The position numbers and the translations under genes are program-made. Below are positions 42,278-53,201 of a stretch of DNA of 64,000 nucleotides, one piece after another. Source of the stretch: an uncultured Chloroflexia bacterium (lineage in GTDB: Bacteria > Chloroflexota > Anaerolineae > JAAYZQ01); contig CAVOXA010000022.1 in assembly GCA_963700285.1 (NCBI GenBank), positions 96,001-160,000 of the forward strand, in the 5' to 3' direction. The notes below the pieces were generated by a model. The model worked only from the letters and a program-made list of their open reading frames with translations, had not been told where the DNA came from and did not search any database. How positions within the stretch are numbered: position 1 is the first letter of the stretch; every line of letters starts with the position of its first letter.

Positions 42278-42757
42278 ATGAAACGCCTACTGCTCTTTGG
42301 AACCGACAAAGCCCTGGCCCGATTCTACTACGCGGCCCACCTGCGATGTCGCGCCGCCACCCACGACTACCGCAATAACAACGTTGCCTGCTACTCCGTC
42401 ACCGAAGAGGAATACCCGGCACTCCTGGCCCTGGCCGAGAAACTCAAACTCAACCACGAGACCGTGCAGCCCGAAAACCGCTACCGCCGCACAAAGCGCT
42501 TGATTGAAGAAACCTACGCCCGCGGCGAGCGCTTCAAAACAGACGACCTCATCCAGCTAACCGGTTACAGCCGGCCCACCCTGGGCCACATCATGGCAAA
42601 ACTCGTGCAGTTTGGACACGTCGAATCTCACGGACGCACCGCCGGCCACTACTATTGCAGGCCACCCCTGACCGGCGCCGGAGCGCCAGACCAGGAAACA
42701 GGCCAATTCCCCGAGGGGATACGAGAACCCGAGGACCCCGAAAGGAGAACCACTTGA
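42278..42757 (+). CDS. Putative winged-helix DNA-binding protein
   Basis: FKTDDLIQLTGYSRPTLGHIMAKLVQFGHVESHGRTAGHYY. Confidence 0.6.
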   Translation: MKRLLLFGTDKALARFYYAAHLRCRAATHDYRNNNVACYSVTEEEYPALLALAEKLKLNHETVQPENRYRRTKRLIEETYARGERFKTDDLIQLTGYSRPTLGHIMAKLVQFGHVESHGRTAGHYYCRPPLTGAGAPDQETGQFPEGIREPEDPERRTT

Positions 42758-43558
42758 TCCCAACAGCAAACACCAACAACCCAACCACCCCGGCCGCCGC
42801 GGCCAGCGCACAACACCCTGTCCTGAGCGCAGCGACAGGAACAGACGATCTCGCCCTGCGCTCTGCAGGTGAGCTCTACGCCTCCGCCCAACCAGCCGAA
42901 CGCCCGCCGCACCTACTCCGCCACTTTCCTCCGCGCCGGCCACGTCCTGCAGGCTGACGGCCAATCTTCCAACTGGCTCATACCCGCCGAGGTCCTCGAG
43001 CATGACGCCCACCTGTTCGAAGGACTCGCTTGCTACCTGGATCACCCTCAGCTCTTTGGCTTTGGCGTCCGAGGCGAGCCCCAGGTAAGGGACCTCTTTG
43101 GCGTCACCAGCCACGCCTACTATGACCCCTTCACCCAAGCCATCGAAGGACAAATCACGCTCTACGACCAAGATCCCAACTCCGCCGGCGCTTTTGTCGC
43201 TCACCTCATGGACCAGATCCTTGCGGACAAAGAAGCGGGGAAACCGGTCCCACCCCTGGGACTCTCGGCAGTATTCTTCCAAGACGCAGACTATGACGAC
43301 GAAACCGGTAAGAAAGTCACCACCGCTTTCCGTAAGGTCGAATCGCTCGATCTTGTCTACTCGCCCGGCGCTGGCGGCTATATCAAACAAGCCCTCGCTG
43401 CCATGCCGGCCCGGCCCACAGACTATCAATACCCGACTCCTCAAGCTTGCGGTATCGCCACGGCTACACACACGCCCAATACGCTCGGGCCGGACTTCCA
43501 ATCGCGAGCAACGCGAAGCGACCACAGTCCGGCCCCAACCACCCAAAGGAGAAACACA
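42754..43558 (+). CDS. Prohead protease/scaffold-like region (frameshift near 42900; reads in frame into the capsid gene)
   Basis: AAAGGAG RBS plus TTG; CYLDH, GLS and VESLDLVYSPGAGG motifs. Confidence 0.6.
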
Positions 43559-44968
43559 ATGCCACCCGAGAACGACCAAGACACCAACAGCCCCGCCGAA
43601 GACTTTGACGCCGGCGCAATCGGCGCCCAAGTCGCCGGCCTCAACGCAGCGGTCAAACACCTGCAAGGCCAGGTCAAAACCCTGACCGCCGACCTCGACG
43701 GCAGCCCGCCTGTCACCGTTGACCAGACGGCCGCCACCATCGAAGACCTTCACGCTCAGGTGCAGCACCTGACCAACATCCTCGCGAAGCGTGAAGCGCC
43801 CATCCAGGGCGTCGGCCAGTCGGTCCACCTAGGGCCCCGACTCAGCGTTACCGACCCTCTGCCCGTCATGCAAAACGCCTGGGATTGGATCTTTGGCGCG
43901 CCCGACGCGACCACCCCACCGCCCGAGCTGCGGCGGACAGACTACCTCTACCGCCTCCTGTCCGGCGACCTCAACTGGACTGGCGTTTTCGACGAACGCG
44001 AAGCCCTCGCCGCGGCCAACGCCACCACCATGGCCGGCATGGTCGTCAACGCCATGAACAAGGTCATTGTCCCCCTCTACGACCGCCTCGCCGTCTACCG
44101 CTGGTTCGAGCAGATCGTCACCGTCCAGCCCACAGACGGCAGCCTGCACGACATGGCCTGGCTACAGTTTGGCGGCATCGGTGACCTGCCCGTCGTGGCC
44201 GACGGCGCCGCCTACTCCGAGCTCTCCGTTGACGACTCGAAAGAAAGCGACGCCTTCACCAAGTACGGCGGCTACGTCGGCATCACCGAAAAGGTCCTCC
44301 GCAACTCTGACGTTGCCAAGATCCAAGCCATCCCCCGCGCTCTCGTCGTGGCCGCCGTCCAGACCCGCAGCGCCAAGATTGCCGCCATCTTTACCACCGC
44401 CAGCGGCACCGGTCCCACCCTGGACCAGGACTCCACCGTCCTCTTCCACGCCAACCACGGCAACCTGGCAACGACCGCCTTCTCTTTCGCCGCCTGGAAA
44501 GCGGCCCGCATCGAGTGCGCCAAAGCACGCCGAGCTCACCAGCTCCAAGCGCACCGGCTTCTTCCCCAAGTACTGCCTCGTACCCGGTCGACCTCTACGA
44601 CGACGCCCTCAACGTCTTTGGCTATGGCGCCGGCCCAGGTGGGCAGCCCGGCACCGCCAACAACGACGTCAACCCCTACGGCGTAGGTCGCCCCGGCGAC
44701 CCGCGCCCCGTCCCGGTCGCTCGTACCCGACTGGACCGACACCAACGACTGGGCGTACCTGGTCGACCCGATGATCGCCCCGGTGATCCAGATGGCCTAC
44801 GCCGACAACCCATCCGGCCAGGGCACACCCGCCACCCCAGCTCTACACCGTCACCTCCAAACGGCCGGCCTCATGTTCACCAACGACGTCCTGCCCATCA
44901 AGGTCCGCGACTACTTCGCCTACGGCGTAGCCACCTACCGAGGCATCGGCAAGCGCAACGTCACCTAG
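43559..44968 (+). CDS. Major capsid protein, Mu gpT-like HK97 fold (several frameshifts after 44520)
   Basis: AAAGGAG RBS; coiled-coil N-terminus; LPVVADGAAYSE, KYGGYVGITE, LFHANHGNL, KVRDYFAYGVATYRGI. Confidence 0.78.
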
Positions 44969-45085
44969 CTTTGGTACCGCCGGCAGCCGACGGCCGCCGG
45001 CGGCACCTGTACCAAATTCGTAAAATTCGTGTAACCTGTCCTGAGCGCAGCGACAGGATTCGTGGCAAATAGAAAGGACCAAACC

Positions 45086-45462
45086 ATGCAACGCAAATTC
45101 ACCCACAGCTTTCCACGTGCCCGGCACCCTGTCGGCCAACCTCAACATTCGCTTTACCGTCCCGTCAGACTGCACCCTGGTGCACGTCTCCGCCGTCGCT
45201 TCCAACGACTCAGACGCGACCATCACCCTGGGCACCTCCGCCGACACCGACGGCTTTCTGGCAGCCTGCGTCATCGGCGACAGCGCGACGCCCGTCGAAA
45301 AGGGCATCGCCGACTTTGACGGCGCCCTGCTCGTCCGACGCCGGCAGCGAACCGCCGCGCCTCGCAGACGGTGACATCTTTGTCGTGGTCCTCGACTATG
45401 ACGGCGCCGGCGGAACCGCGGCCGACGACTTTACCCTGGTCCTCACTTTCCAGGAAGGCTAA
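45086..45462 (+). CDS. Putative capsid decoration protein (frameshifts)
   Basis: AAAGGA RBS; small beta-rich protein directly after the capsid gene, ending FTLVLTFQEG. Confidence 0.55.
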
Positions 45463-45594
45463 CCCAATGCAGCACCTGGCCCAGGTGGGACCAACCCAAA
45501 AGACAAAAAATCAAATACCGTTCGGCGAGACACCAAGGGATCCACACCAGCACACCAACCACCTGGGCCAGTTTTGTCGAAAGAAAGGATCATC

Positions 45595-45699
45595 ATGGAC
45601 ATAGACGACAAAGGCAACCTGCCAACCATGCTACTGGTCGCGCTAGTGGTCATCCTGGTCATCCTTCTGTACCAAATCGCCGCCAACGGCGCCATGTAA
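45595..45699 (+). CDS. 34-aa single-TM peptide
   Basis: AAAGGA RBS; MDIDDKGNLPTMLLVALVVILVILLYQIAANGAM. Confidence 0.5.
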   Translation: MDIDDKGNLPTMLLVALVVILVILLYQIAANGAM

Positions 45700-45712
45700 G
45701 GAGTAATCGCAC

Positions 45713-46372
45713 ATGCAAACCAAACCAAACAACGCCCTGCGTATTCTCGTAATCACAGCCGGCCTGGTTCTCCTCCTGGCCCTGGCCAGCGCGGCTATCG
45801 CCTACGCCACCGACGGAGATACCACACTCACAAACCTGGTCCTCACCGGAGACGTGACCGTTGCTGACGATGCGGTCATAGCCGACGATCTCACCGTAGC
45901 CGGAGATGCCACCATTGCCGGCGCCATCACCGGCCCCTCCATCGGAACAGAAAACCTCCGCCTCCCCACCATCGAAAGCGCAACCATCATAACCTCCACC
46001 AACGGCGCGCTTTGGACCGTAGGAGCGACCGAAGTCTGGTACATTGACCGCGTGTTCTGCAACGTCACAACGAACTTTGACTGCACAGGTGACGACTGCA
46101 CGATCGAGATAGGCTTGACAGGCGGAGACATCGACGGCTTTCTGGACCTCGATGACGCAGAACTCCAGACCACCGACGCCGAGATTGCAGGACTAACCGC
46201 AAGCTGGCAAGGATTCGGATCAACCGACACCCGCGGCGCATTTTTCGCGGCTGGTGGCGGAGTGATCCTAAAGAACGACACCATCGACATCAAGATTGAA
46301 GACACGTCAGCCACCACCAACCCGACCGCCGGCGCCGCAACCTGTTACATCGTCTACACGCGCCTGCAGTAA
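45713..46372 (+). CDS. Signal-peptide-bearing beta-rich (fibre/spike-like) protein
   Basis: AAGGAG RBS; hydrophobic core with AxA site; L/V-T-V-x-x-D hexapeptide repeats. Confidence 0.7.
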   Translation: MQTKPNNALRILVITAGLVLLLALASAAIAYATDGDTTLTNLVLTGDVTVADDAVIADDLTVAGDATIAGAITGPSIGTENLRLPTIESATIITSTNGALWTVGATEVWYIDRVFCNVTTNFDCTGDDCTIEIGLTGGDIDGFLDLDDAELQTTDAEIAGLTASWQGFGSTDTRGAFFAAGGGVILKNDTIDIKIEDTSATTNPTAGAATCYIVYTRLQ

Positions 46373-46563
46373 TCGCCCGTTAACGGAGGCCCGTTGCGAG
46401 CCCGGCGAAGCAAACACCGGCAGCCTGCGTTAACGGGGTACTCCTCCCTGCTCAGGGGATACCCACCGTCCCGGCTCGGTGGGTATCCCCAATCAACAGA
46501 CATTCGTCCAATTCATGTAATTCGAGTAATTCGTGAAATTCGTGGCAAAAAGGAGCAACCCAA

Positions 46564-46887
46564 ATGCCCACCCACTTTGCAGACATCCTAACCACCGCCG
46601 GACTGGTCTCTCTGACAGTTCTCATCGTGGCCCTACTCAAGGCCATACCCGCCAGCGAAACCAACCCGCTGGCACCCGTCCTGGCATGGATCAAGGTCAA
46701 CCAGTTCTTGACGTCAATCATCATCGCCGGCATCCTGGCCGCCATCGCCTACGCCGTCCAGGTCCTGGGCTATATGCCCCTTGCCGAAGACTACTGGCAA
46801 GGGTGGCTCTTCCTATGGGCAGCGGCTCAAGCCCTGTACAACGGTCAAAAAGGCTTGTCCCACATCCTAAAGAGCAAACCCAACTAG
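46564..46887 (+). CDS. Holin-like small membrane protein
   Basis: 107 aa, three TM segments, basic C-terminus, AAGGAG RBS. Confidence 0.55.
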   Translation: MPTHFADILTTAGLVSLTVLIVALLKAIPASETNPLAPVLAWIKVNQFLTSIIIAGILAAIAYAVQVLGYMPLAEDYWQGWLFLWAAAQALYNGQKGLSHILKSKPN

Positions 46888-47028
46888 CGCGCCCAGTTTG
46901 GTACGCCAGCCATACGAGATCTCGCCTACAGCCCGTACCAAACTTGGTTTTCCATTCGTGCAATTCGTGCAACCTGTCCTGAGCGCAGCGACAGGATTCC
47001 TGGCAAAAAAGAAAGGCAACAACGAGAC

Positions 47029-47226
47029 ATGAACACTACCAAAGTAACAGAACACGCCATGGCCGACCTGCGCGAGATCTTTGCCCAGCAGGGCATCAAC
47101 GTGCCTATCTACCGCGTAGAACACACAGACGACGCCATACTCCTCTACCTCTACGGCCACGCCGAACCCTACCGCGTACCGAAGACCAAGCCCAAGCCGG
47201 CGCGCAAGAAAGCCGGCAGCCCGTGA
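47029..47226 (+). CDS. Small hypothetical protein
   Basis: 65 aa with basic tail. Confidence 0.55.
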   Translation: MNTTKVTEHAMADLREIFAQQGINVPIYRVEHTDDAILLYLYGHAEPYRVPKTKPKPARKKAGSP

Positions 47227-47392
47227 AATACCCACTGCGACCCATAGATCACGCGCTCTACCAAGCCATGGGGCCGCACATGGTAATGATCCCCACGACG
47301 ACATACGTCGTATGCAAGGACCACGACTATGACAAAGCCGTCGCCCTCATGGAAAGCAAAGGCTACAAACTCAAGCAGAGGAGAAACCGATC

Positions 47393-47878
47393 ATGATAAA
47401 AACCATCCCACTCGCACCCATCACCGAGACCGGAATAGCCGAACTTGTCGGCAAGAATGAACAGATAGACCAATACGACTTTACCGGTTCCATTGACCTC
47501 GCCGTAGGCATTGGCGGCCTGCCCGTCTCTGGTGAATTTCTCTCCCTCATCCTCACCACCCTTGAAACCGGAAGCGGCGCCGTAATGGTCCCCGCCGGTG
47601 TGCTCCTCCTCTTTGACGCCGACCCCAACCCAACGCCCGGAGACACAGCCCTGACCGCCGCCGAATGGAAGACGGCCATTGGTTCCGTCGCCATTGCCGC
47701 CACTGACTGGATATCTGATGCCAACGGTTCCCACGCCTTCAAAGCCATCGCCATACCGTTCCATGACCTAACGTCGATCTATGCCGTCTGGTATCACACC
47801 GACGCCACAAGCCTAAACGACGCCGCCGGAGACGACGAAGAACTGCACTGCAATCTCTGGTATCGCCGCGACTCCTGA
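47393..47878 (+). CDS. Hypothetical (virion-associated?) protein
   Basis: GAGGAG RBS, 161 aa acidic beta-rich. Confidence 0.65.
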   Translation: MIKTIPLAPITETGIAELVGKNEQIDQYDFTGSIDLAVGIGGLPVSGEFLSLILTTLETGSGAVMVPAGVLLLFDADPNPTPGDTALTAAEWKTAIGSVAIAATDWISDANGSHAFKAIAIPFHDLTSIYAVWYHTDATSLNDAAGDDEELHCNLWYRRDS

Positions 47879-47923
47879 CCAGATCCATAAACCATAGAAC
47901 ACCAAACAAAAAGGAGAACAACC

Positions 47924-48265
47924 ATGGCCGACCTAAGCACAATCTACACTTTTTTCAACAACGCCGACGCACACGCGGCTTTCCTCCACCGCATCCAGAC
48001 CGCCCTTGTCGAAACCGCCCTTGCCGTACGTGCGGAGAACGAACCCGACCCCAAAACAGACCGTTTCGCCGCACGCCAACGATGGGCACGCGATGCCCTT
48101 CTTAATCCAATCCACGTCGCTCACCGCCTGTTGCCCGCGATCGCCGTCAAGGCCAACGACGCCGGCCGCATCGACGAACAAGGCAACGTCACCGCATCTG
48201 ACAACGAGATTCGCGCTACTGTCCTAAGTCTCGTGGATACCTTCGCTGACTATGTCAGCGCATAG
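47924..48265 (+). CDS. Hypothetical phage protein
   Basis: AAGGAG RBS, 113 aa. Confidence 0.65.
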   Translation: MADLSTIYTFFNNADAHAAFLHRIQTALVETALAVRAENEPDPKTDRFAARQRWARDALLNPIHVAHRLLPAIAVKANDAGRIDEQGNVTASDNEIRATVLSLVDTFADYVSA

Positions 48266-48268
48266 CCC

Positions 48269-48994
48269 ATGATGCACCCACACCACCACAGCCGCGCCCA
48301 TCGCCGGCGACTCGGGGCTAACCTCATACCCTGGACGCTAGACTTTGGCGTGTCACAACAATACTCGGTAAACCTCGGCCACGCCGCCAGCATTGACGAC
48401 CTCCACGCCGCCGACTTTACCGTTGACCTCTACTGGTACTACACTCCCGCACCCGGAGCCAACTTCTTTCACACCCTAATAGGACAAGGCGACTGGTCAA
48501 CCGCCACCGGCTGGCGACTCAGCTTTTCCAACGACACGGAACGCCTATACCTTGCGGTCATCGACGGCGCCGCAGCCGCCAAGACCACAACCAAGCCAGC
48601 AATCCCAGCCGAAAACTGGTACTATATCCGCCTACGGCGAGAAGACAACACAATCTACCTGTCCTACAACGCCGGCGCCGAAGCCACCAGCGCCACCCTG
48701 GCCGCCGGCGGCACTGCGTCAGACCTCGATCTCACCATCGGCAGCGCCAGCGGCACTCACCGGGCACTTGGTAAAGTCTGCTACGCTCACCTATGGAACA
48801 ACAACCAGGGAGCCCTGGCCACCCTGCCCACCTCACCCTTCCCCATCGACGCCAACACCGTCGCCCGCTATCTCTTCAAAACCGACATCACCGGCATCGG
48901 CACAACCCTGGCCGACGACTCTGGCAACAACAACAACGGCACCATTACCGGCGCCTCCTGGAAGCGCGCCGCGCCCACACTCTGGACACCCTAA
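48269..48994 (+). CDS. LamG/concanavalin A-like domain protein
   Basis: DFTVDLYWY, NWYYIRL, VARYLF..GTTLADDSGNNNNGTITGASW. Confidence 0.75.
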   Translation: MMHPHHHSRAHRRRLGANLIPWTLDFGVSQQYSVNLGHAASIDDLHAADFTVDLYWYYTPAPGANFFHTLIGQGDWSTATGWRLSFSNDTERLYLAVIDGAAAAKTTTKPAIPAENWYYIRLRREDNTIYLSYNAGAEATSATLAAGGTASDLDLTIGSASGTHRALGKVCYAHLWNNNQGALATLPTSPFPIDANTVARYLFKTDITGIGTTLADDSGNNNNGTITGASWKRAAPTLWTP

Positions 48995-49014
48995 AAGATG
49001 GAGAACGAACCCAC

Positions 49015-49425
49015 ATGGCCTACACCTTCAAATACCGCCTGACCACCGCGCCACAGCCGCGCTCGGACGGCTCAGGATGTGTCGACCACCAGATACAAGC
49101 GATCGCTTCGCCCGACGCTACCAACTGGACACCCGTACCAGACCGGGAAAAGACGATCTCCATCCCCGCCGACGACCTGGACACCGTCCTGGCCATGCCC
49201 CACGACACCGGGCCCCAACGCGCCGCCAAAAACACAGCCTACAAGAACGTGCTCACCGACAACGCCCTGACCTTGCCCAAGGCAATCACCGGCTGGGCTA
49301 CAACCGCCTTGCAAGAACTCTATGACGCCAACGACGCCGCCGTCACTGCTGCCCTCGCGGCAGACGCCTACATAACCACAGTCCTGGGCCAGTCGTATCC
49401 CTTGGACTTTGCGCTTGAGGGTTAA
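49015..49425 (+). CDS. Hypothetical phage protein
   Basis: GGAG RBS; MAYTFKYRLTTAPQPRSDG... Confidence 0.6.
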   Translation: MAYTFKYRLTTAPQPRSDGSGCVDHQIQAIASPDATNWTPVPDREKTISIPADDLDTVLAMPHDTGPQRAAKNTAYKNVLTDNALTLPKAITGWATTALQELYDANDAAVTAALAADAYITTVLGQSYPLDFALEG

Positions 49426-49428
49426 CCC

Positions 49429-50205
49429 ATGCTCTGGCTGAAACAGTCCACCGCCGTTACTATCAAACTAGGCCCCTTTGTCGACGAAACCGACGGCTAC
49501 ACCGCCGAGACCGGCTTGACCCTATCTCAAGCCGACGTCCGCCTGTCCAAGAATGGCGGCAACATGGCGCAGAAAAACGAATCATCCGCTGCCACCCACG
49601 ACGAGATCGGCTATTATGATTGTCCGCTCGACACCACTGACACAAACACCCTGGGCCGCCTCCTTGTCATGGTGCACGAATCAGGCGCCCGGCCAGTCCG
49701 CCTCGAATTCCTTATCGTGCCCGCCAACACCTACGACTCCCTGATCGCAGGTTCCGACCTGCTCCTGGTCGATGATGACGTCATAGCCGATCAGGTTTGG
49801 GATGAAGCCATGGCCGATCACCAGGGCGGCGGCATTACCGGCGCCTATCTAATATCCGCACAGGTCAATTCCGTCGACATCCTGGCCGACACCAACGAAC
49901 TCCAGACAGACCTGACCAACGGCGGAAGACTAGACCTCATTCTCGACGCAATCCTTGCCGCCTCCGGCAGCGGATCCGGCGCCGTCACCTTCACCTACAC
50001 CCTGACAAGTTCCGTGGACGCATCACCCATCCCAGACGCCCGCGTTTGGGCCACATCCGACGCCGGAGGTTCCACCGTCCTGGCCAGCGGCAGCACCGAC
50101 GCCAACGGTCAAATCACATTCTACCTCGACGCCGGCACAGTCTACTTCTGGCGACAAAAAGCCGGCTGGGACTTTTCCAACCCCGACACGGAGACGGTAA
50201 GCTAA
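49429..50205 (+). CDS. Putative virion structural protein with C-terminal Ig/CarboxypepD-like domain
   Basis: WLKQST..GPFVD.TDG.TAETGLT..DVRLSKNGG phage-type N-terminus; GSTDANGQITFYLDAG. Confidence 0.6.
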   Translation: MLWLKQSTAVTIKLGPFVDETDGYTAETGLTLSQADVRLSKNGGNMAQKNESSAATHDEIGYYDCPLDTTDTNTLGRLLVMVHESGARPVRLEFLIVPANTYDSLIAGSDLLLVDDDVIADQVWDEAMADHQGGGITGAYLISAQVNSVDILADTNELQTDLTNGGRLDLILDAILAASGSGSGAVTFTYTLTSSVDASPIPDARVWATSDAGGSTVLASGSTDANGQITFYLDAGTVYFWRQKAGWDFSNPDTETVS

Positions 50206-50274
50206 TGACCATTCGTAAAATTCGTGTAACCTGTCCTGAGCGCAGCAACAGGATCCGGCAGAAAGGCTTAACCC

Positions 50275-52209
50275 ATGGCATCAGGATCAGGCACCGGAAC
50301 ACCTGCAACCGCCTCAACCGCGCCAACCCTAAACACCCTGCGCGACCGTATTCGCGTACAACTCGAAAACGCCTGGGGTACACCAGACCCCCTCCCCGTC
50401 ATGGTCTCAAGCGAAACCCTGACAACCCTCCGCGCCCGCCTCAAGCTACACCTGCAGGATTCGGGCAACCAGCAATACGCCAACGCCAACCTCGACGAGG
50501 CAATCGAAAAGGCCCTCGAAGAGTACAACCGATCCGACCCGCGCCTGACCGAGGCGACCCTGACCCTGGCCGCGGACGGCCACGAGGTTGATATCTCCTC
50601 CCTCACGTCCCTGCTTCGCGTACACAAGGTCTGGCACCCCTACGACTCCGACACGCCCAGGTTACCCGCCCAACTGGGTGCAATTCGAGGTCTGGCCCGG
50701 TAACATCCTCTACATCGACAAACGCACAGAACCACAGACAGGCGAGAAGGTACGCCTTTGGTACACGACCCCCTGCCTCCTGTCCGGCCTCAACGGCAGC
50801 CTCGAGCACAACCATACCCGCCGACGACATCACCTACATTATCAACGGCGCCGCCTACTACGCCGCCCGCGAGGCAGCGATCCAGGGCGTGTACACGACA
50901 CGCGGCATACCCGAACCCACGTCAGCCACGGCCAGCACCGAGACCCTGACCACTCTCCGCGATCGCGTAGAGACCGCCCTGCAGGATAGCACCAATCTCC
51001 GCTGGGCGACGGCCGACATTGACGAGGCTATTGAAGCCGTCCTCGAAGAGTACAACGCCACAAACCCGCCCCTGGCCATCCATGACCACACCGTCAGCAC
51101 GGCCGGCAGGGAGCAGACCGTCAGCATCACCGGCTTAATTGAAGTCAAAGCGGTCTGGTGGCCCTACACGGCCGCCTCCCTCGAGTATCCGCCCGAGTTT
51201 GTGGACTTTGTCCAACTTCCCGGCAGCATCATCGCCGTGGACACACCCACCGCGCCCCAGGTCTCGGATCATATCCGGATCTGGCACACCGCCCACGCCA
51301 CGATCTCCGGCCTCAACGCCGCCGGCAGCACAACCGTCCTGGCCACACACATCCCCTACCTGCTGGCCGGCGCCGCGTCTCTGTGCGCCAGGTCGCGAGC
51401 CGTCGAGCTTTCCGAGACGCTCAACGTTGACGAGGATGTCGTCAACCGCCTCACAACCTACGCCAACGACCAAGCCAAAGTCTACGCCCGCGCGCTACGA
51501 CCTGCGGACGTGCCCGAACCACTCACCTCCACAGCCATTGACAAGCTACTCGACCTGGGCCAACGAACAGGGTAAATCGTTCCGCTATGGCGTCCGCAAA
51601 GACTCGCCCTCCTGGTGGAGGTACGCCTACGCTTTCGACCAGCGCGACATTGACGAATCGATCCGCTGGGCGCTCGGTCGCTTCAACGAAATCGCGCCCC
51701 AGGAGACCATCACCAGCCTGACCCTGACCTCCGCCGGCCGTGAGGTTGACCTGTCCAGCATCACCGACCTGCTCAGAGTGACCCGCGTCTGGTGGCCCTA
51801 CTCCTCCAGCTCACCCACGTTCCCGCCCAACTGGGTATCGTACGAGGTTTGGGGCGACACCCTCTTTATCGACTCTGACTCAGAACCCCAATCAGGCGAC
51901 GTCGTGCGCGTTTGGTACGTCCGCCTGTGCACGGTCAACGGCCTCGACGACGCCACAGCCACAACCCTCCCATCCGACGCCGAAACCCTCCTGGTCACAG
52001 GCGCCGCCGGCTACGTGGCCGAAGAGCGGATCACCGAAAAGCCCGGCTGGCGCGTCCCTCGCGACCTCAAAGAATGGGCCATCGCCCGCCTGCACGACTT
52101 TGAGCGCGGCCTCAAAGCCCACAGCCGCCGGCTAGCCAGCCAACACGCCGGCATTATCGCCACCCAACCCATGGACCGCTGGGAGCAACGCGATGACAGC
52201 AGCTGGTAG
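50275..52209 (+). CDS. Head-completion/adaptor-like protein with three tandem modules (frameshifts)
   Basis: Repeated (TLTTLR.R...LQD)..IDEAI..L..YN..P ... V..VW.PY ... P.WV.F.V ... P.....VR.WY. Confidence 0.55.
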
Positions 52210-52309
52210 TCCACACACCCGACCTGACAGGTCCAAGGCAGACCTGTCAGGTCTACATCTATATAAAATTCGTGTAATTCGTGTAATTCGTGGCAAGGAG
52301 CCCTAACCC

Positions 52310-53090
52310 ATGCAAATAGCATACCCATTCGCCAAGCCCTACCCCATCACCGACGACTACGCCGCCCACGTCGCCCGCAACTCCACCGCCCCCGGCATAG
52401 ACTTCGCCGCGCCCATGCAAGACGCCCATTCTCGCGCCCTTTTACGGCACCGTCCGCGCCTCCAAGACCTACACCCTGGGCGGCCGCGGCTTCTGGATTC
52501 ACAGCACCGAACACCCCAACGCGCAGGTATACTACGCCCACCTGTCTTGTCTCTGCCTGCTGGCCGGTGAGCCAGTCAAGCCCGGCCAGGTCATCGGCTA
52601 CACCGGCCGCACAGGAAACGCAACCGGCCCATGCCTCCACTTCTCGCTCGAGCTCGACGGCGCCTACACCGACCCGGCCCCGTACCTGTCGCCGGCGCCA
52701 GACGCCCAGTCGCCCTCCCCCCCTCTCCCCCTCTCCCCCTCTCCCCCTCCCTCCCTCGCCTGGGCCCACACCGTACCAAGAGAAGGAAGGGTTGAAATGG
52801 AACTCGACGAAGCAGAGGAAAACATCATCATCGAAGCCCACGCCGCCGCCGGCCAGCATGACACCCTCGACGACGCCGTCAGAGAACCCGCCTACCGCTT
52901 CCTGCAGGTCCCGCGCAACGAAGGCGCCGCCCTGCTGAAATACGCACGCGCCCACGACCTCGGAGCAGCCATCACACCAGAATTCTACGTCACCATGGGA
53001 GACGTCACCTACTGCTGCCAAGGCTACGCCCTCGCCCTGGTCACCTGCGTCAAAGACGACTGGGCCAACATCCAACACTTACAATGGTAA
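52310..53090 (+). CDS. M23 family peptidase, endolysin-like (frameshifts)
   Basis: GIDFAAP, YYAHLS, VKPGQVIGYTGRTGNATGPCLHF across frames. Confidence 0.75.
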
Positions 53091-53201
53091 ACCACCCGCC
53101 CCGACCCTTAGGGTCTGGTTTTGACCCTAAGGGTCTAACTTGGTACGGCACGGCGCCATCGAGGGACCAGCCCACCGTACCAAACCGAGGAGGAATAACC
53201 C

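Noticed and set aside
52713-52760. CCCCCTCT-type short tandem run inside the M23 gene as a phase-variation switch
   Set aside because: Could be a Pro/Ser linker or a dispersed short repeat; the local frame is unreliable given assembly errors
5866-53090. Widespread pseudogenisation or programmed frameshifting
   Set aside because: Indels hit conserved housekeeping genes such as argF and often fall in homopolymer or GC runs, with essentially no in-frame stops; best explained by long-read error until polished
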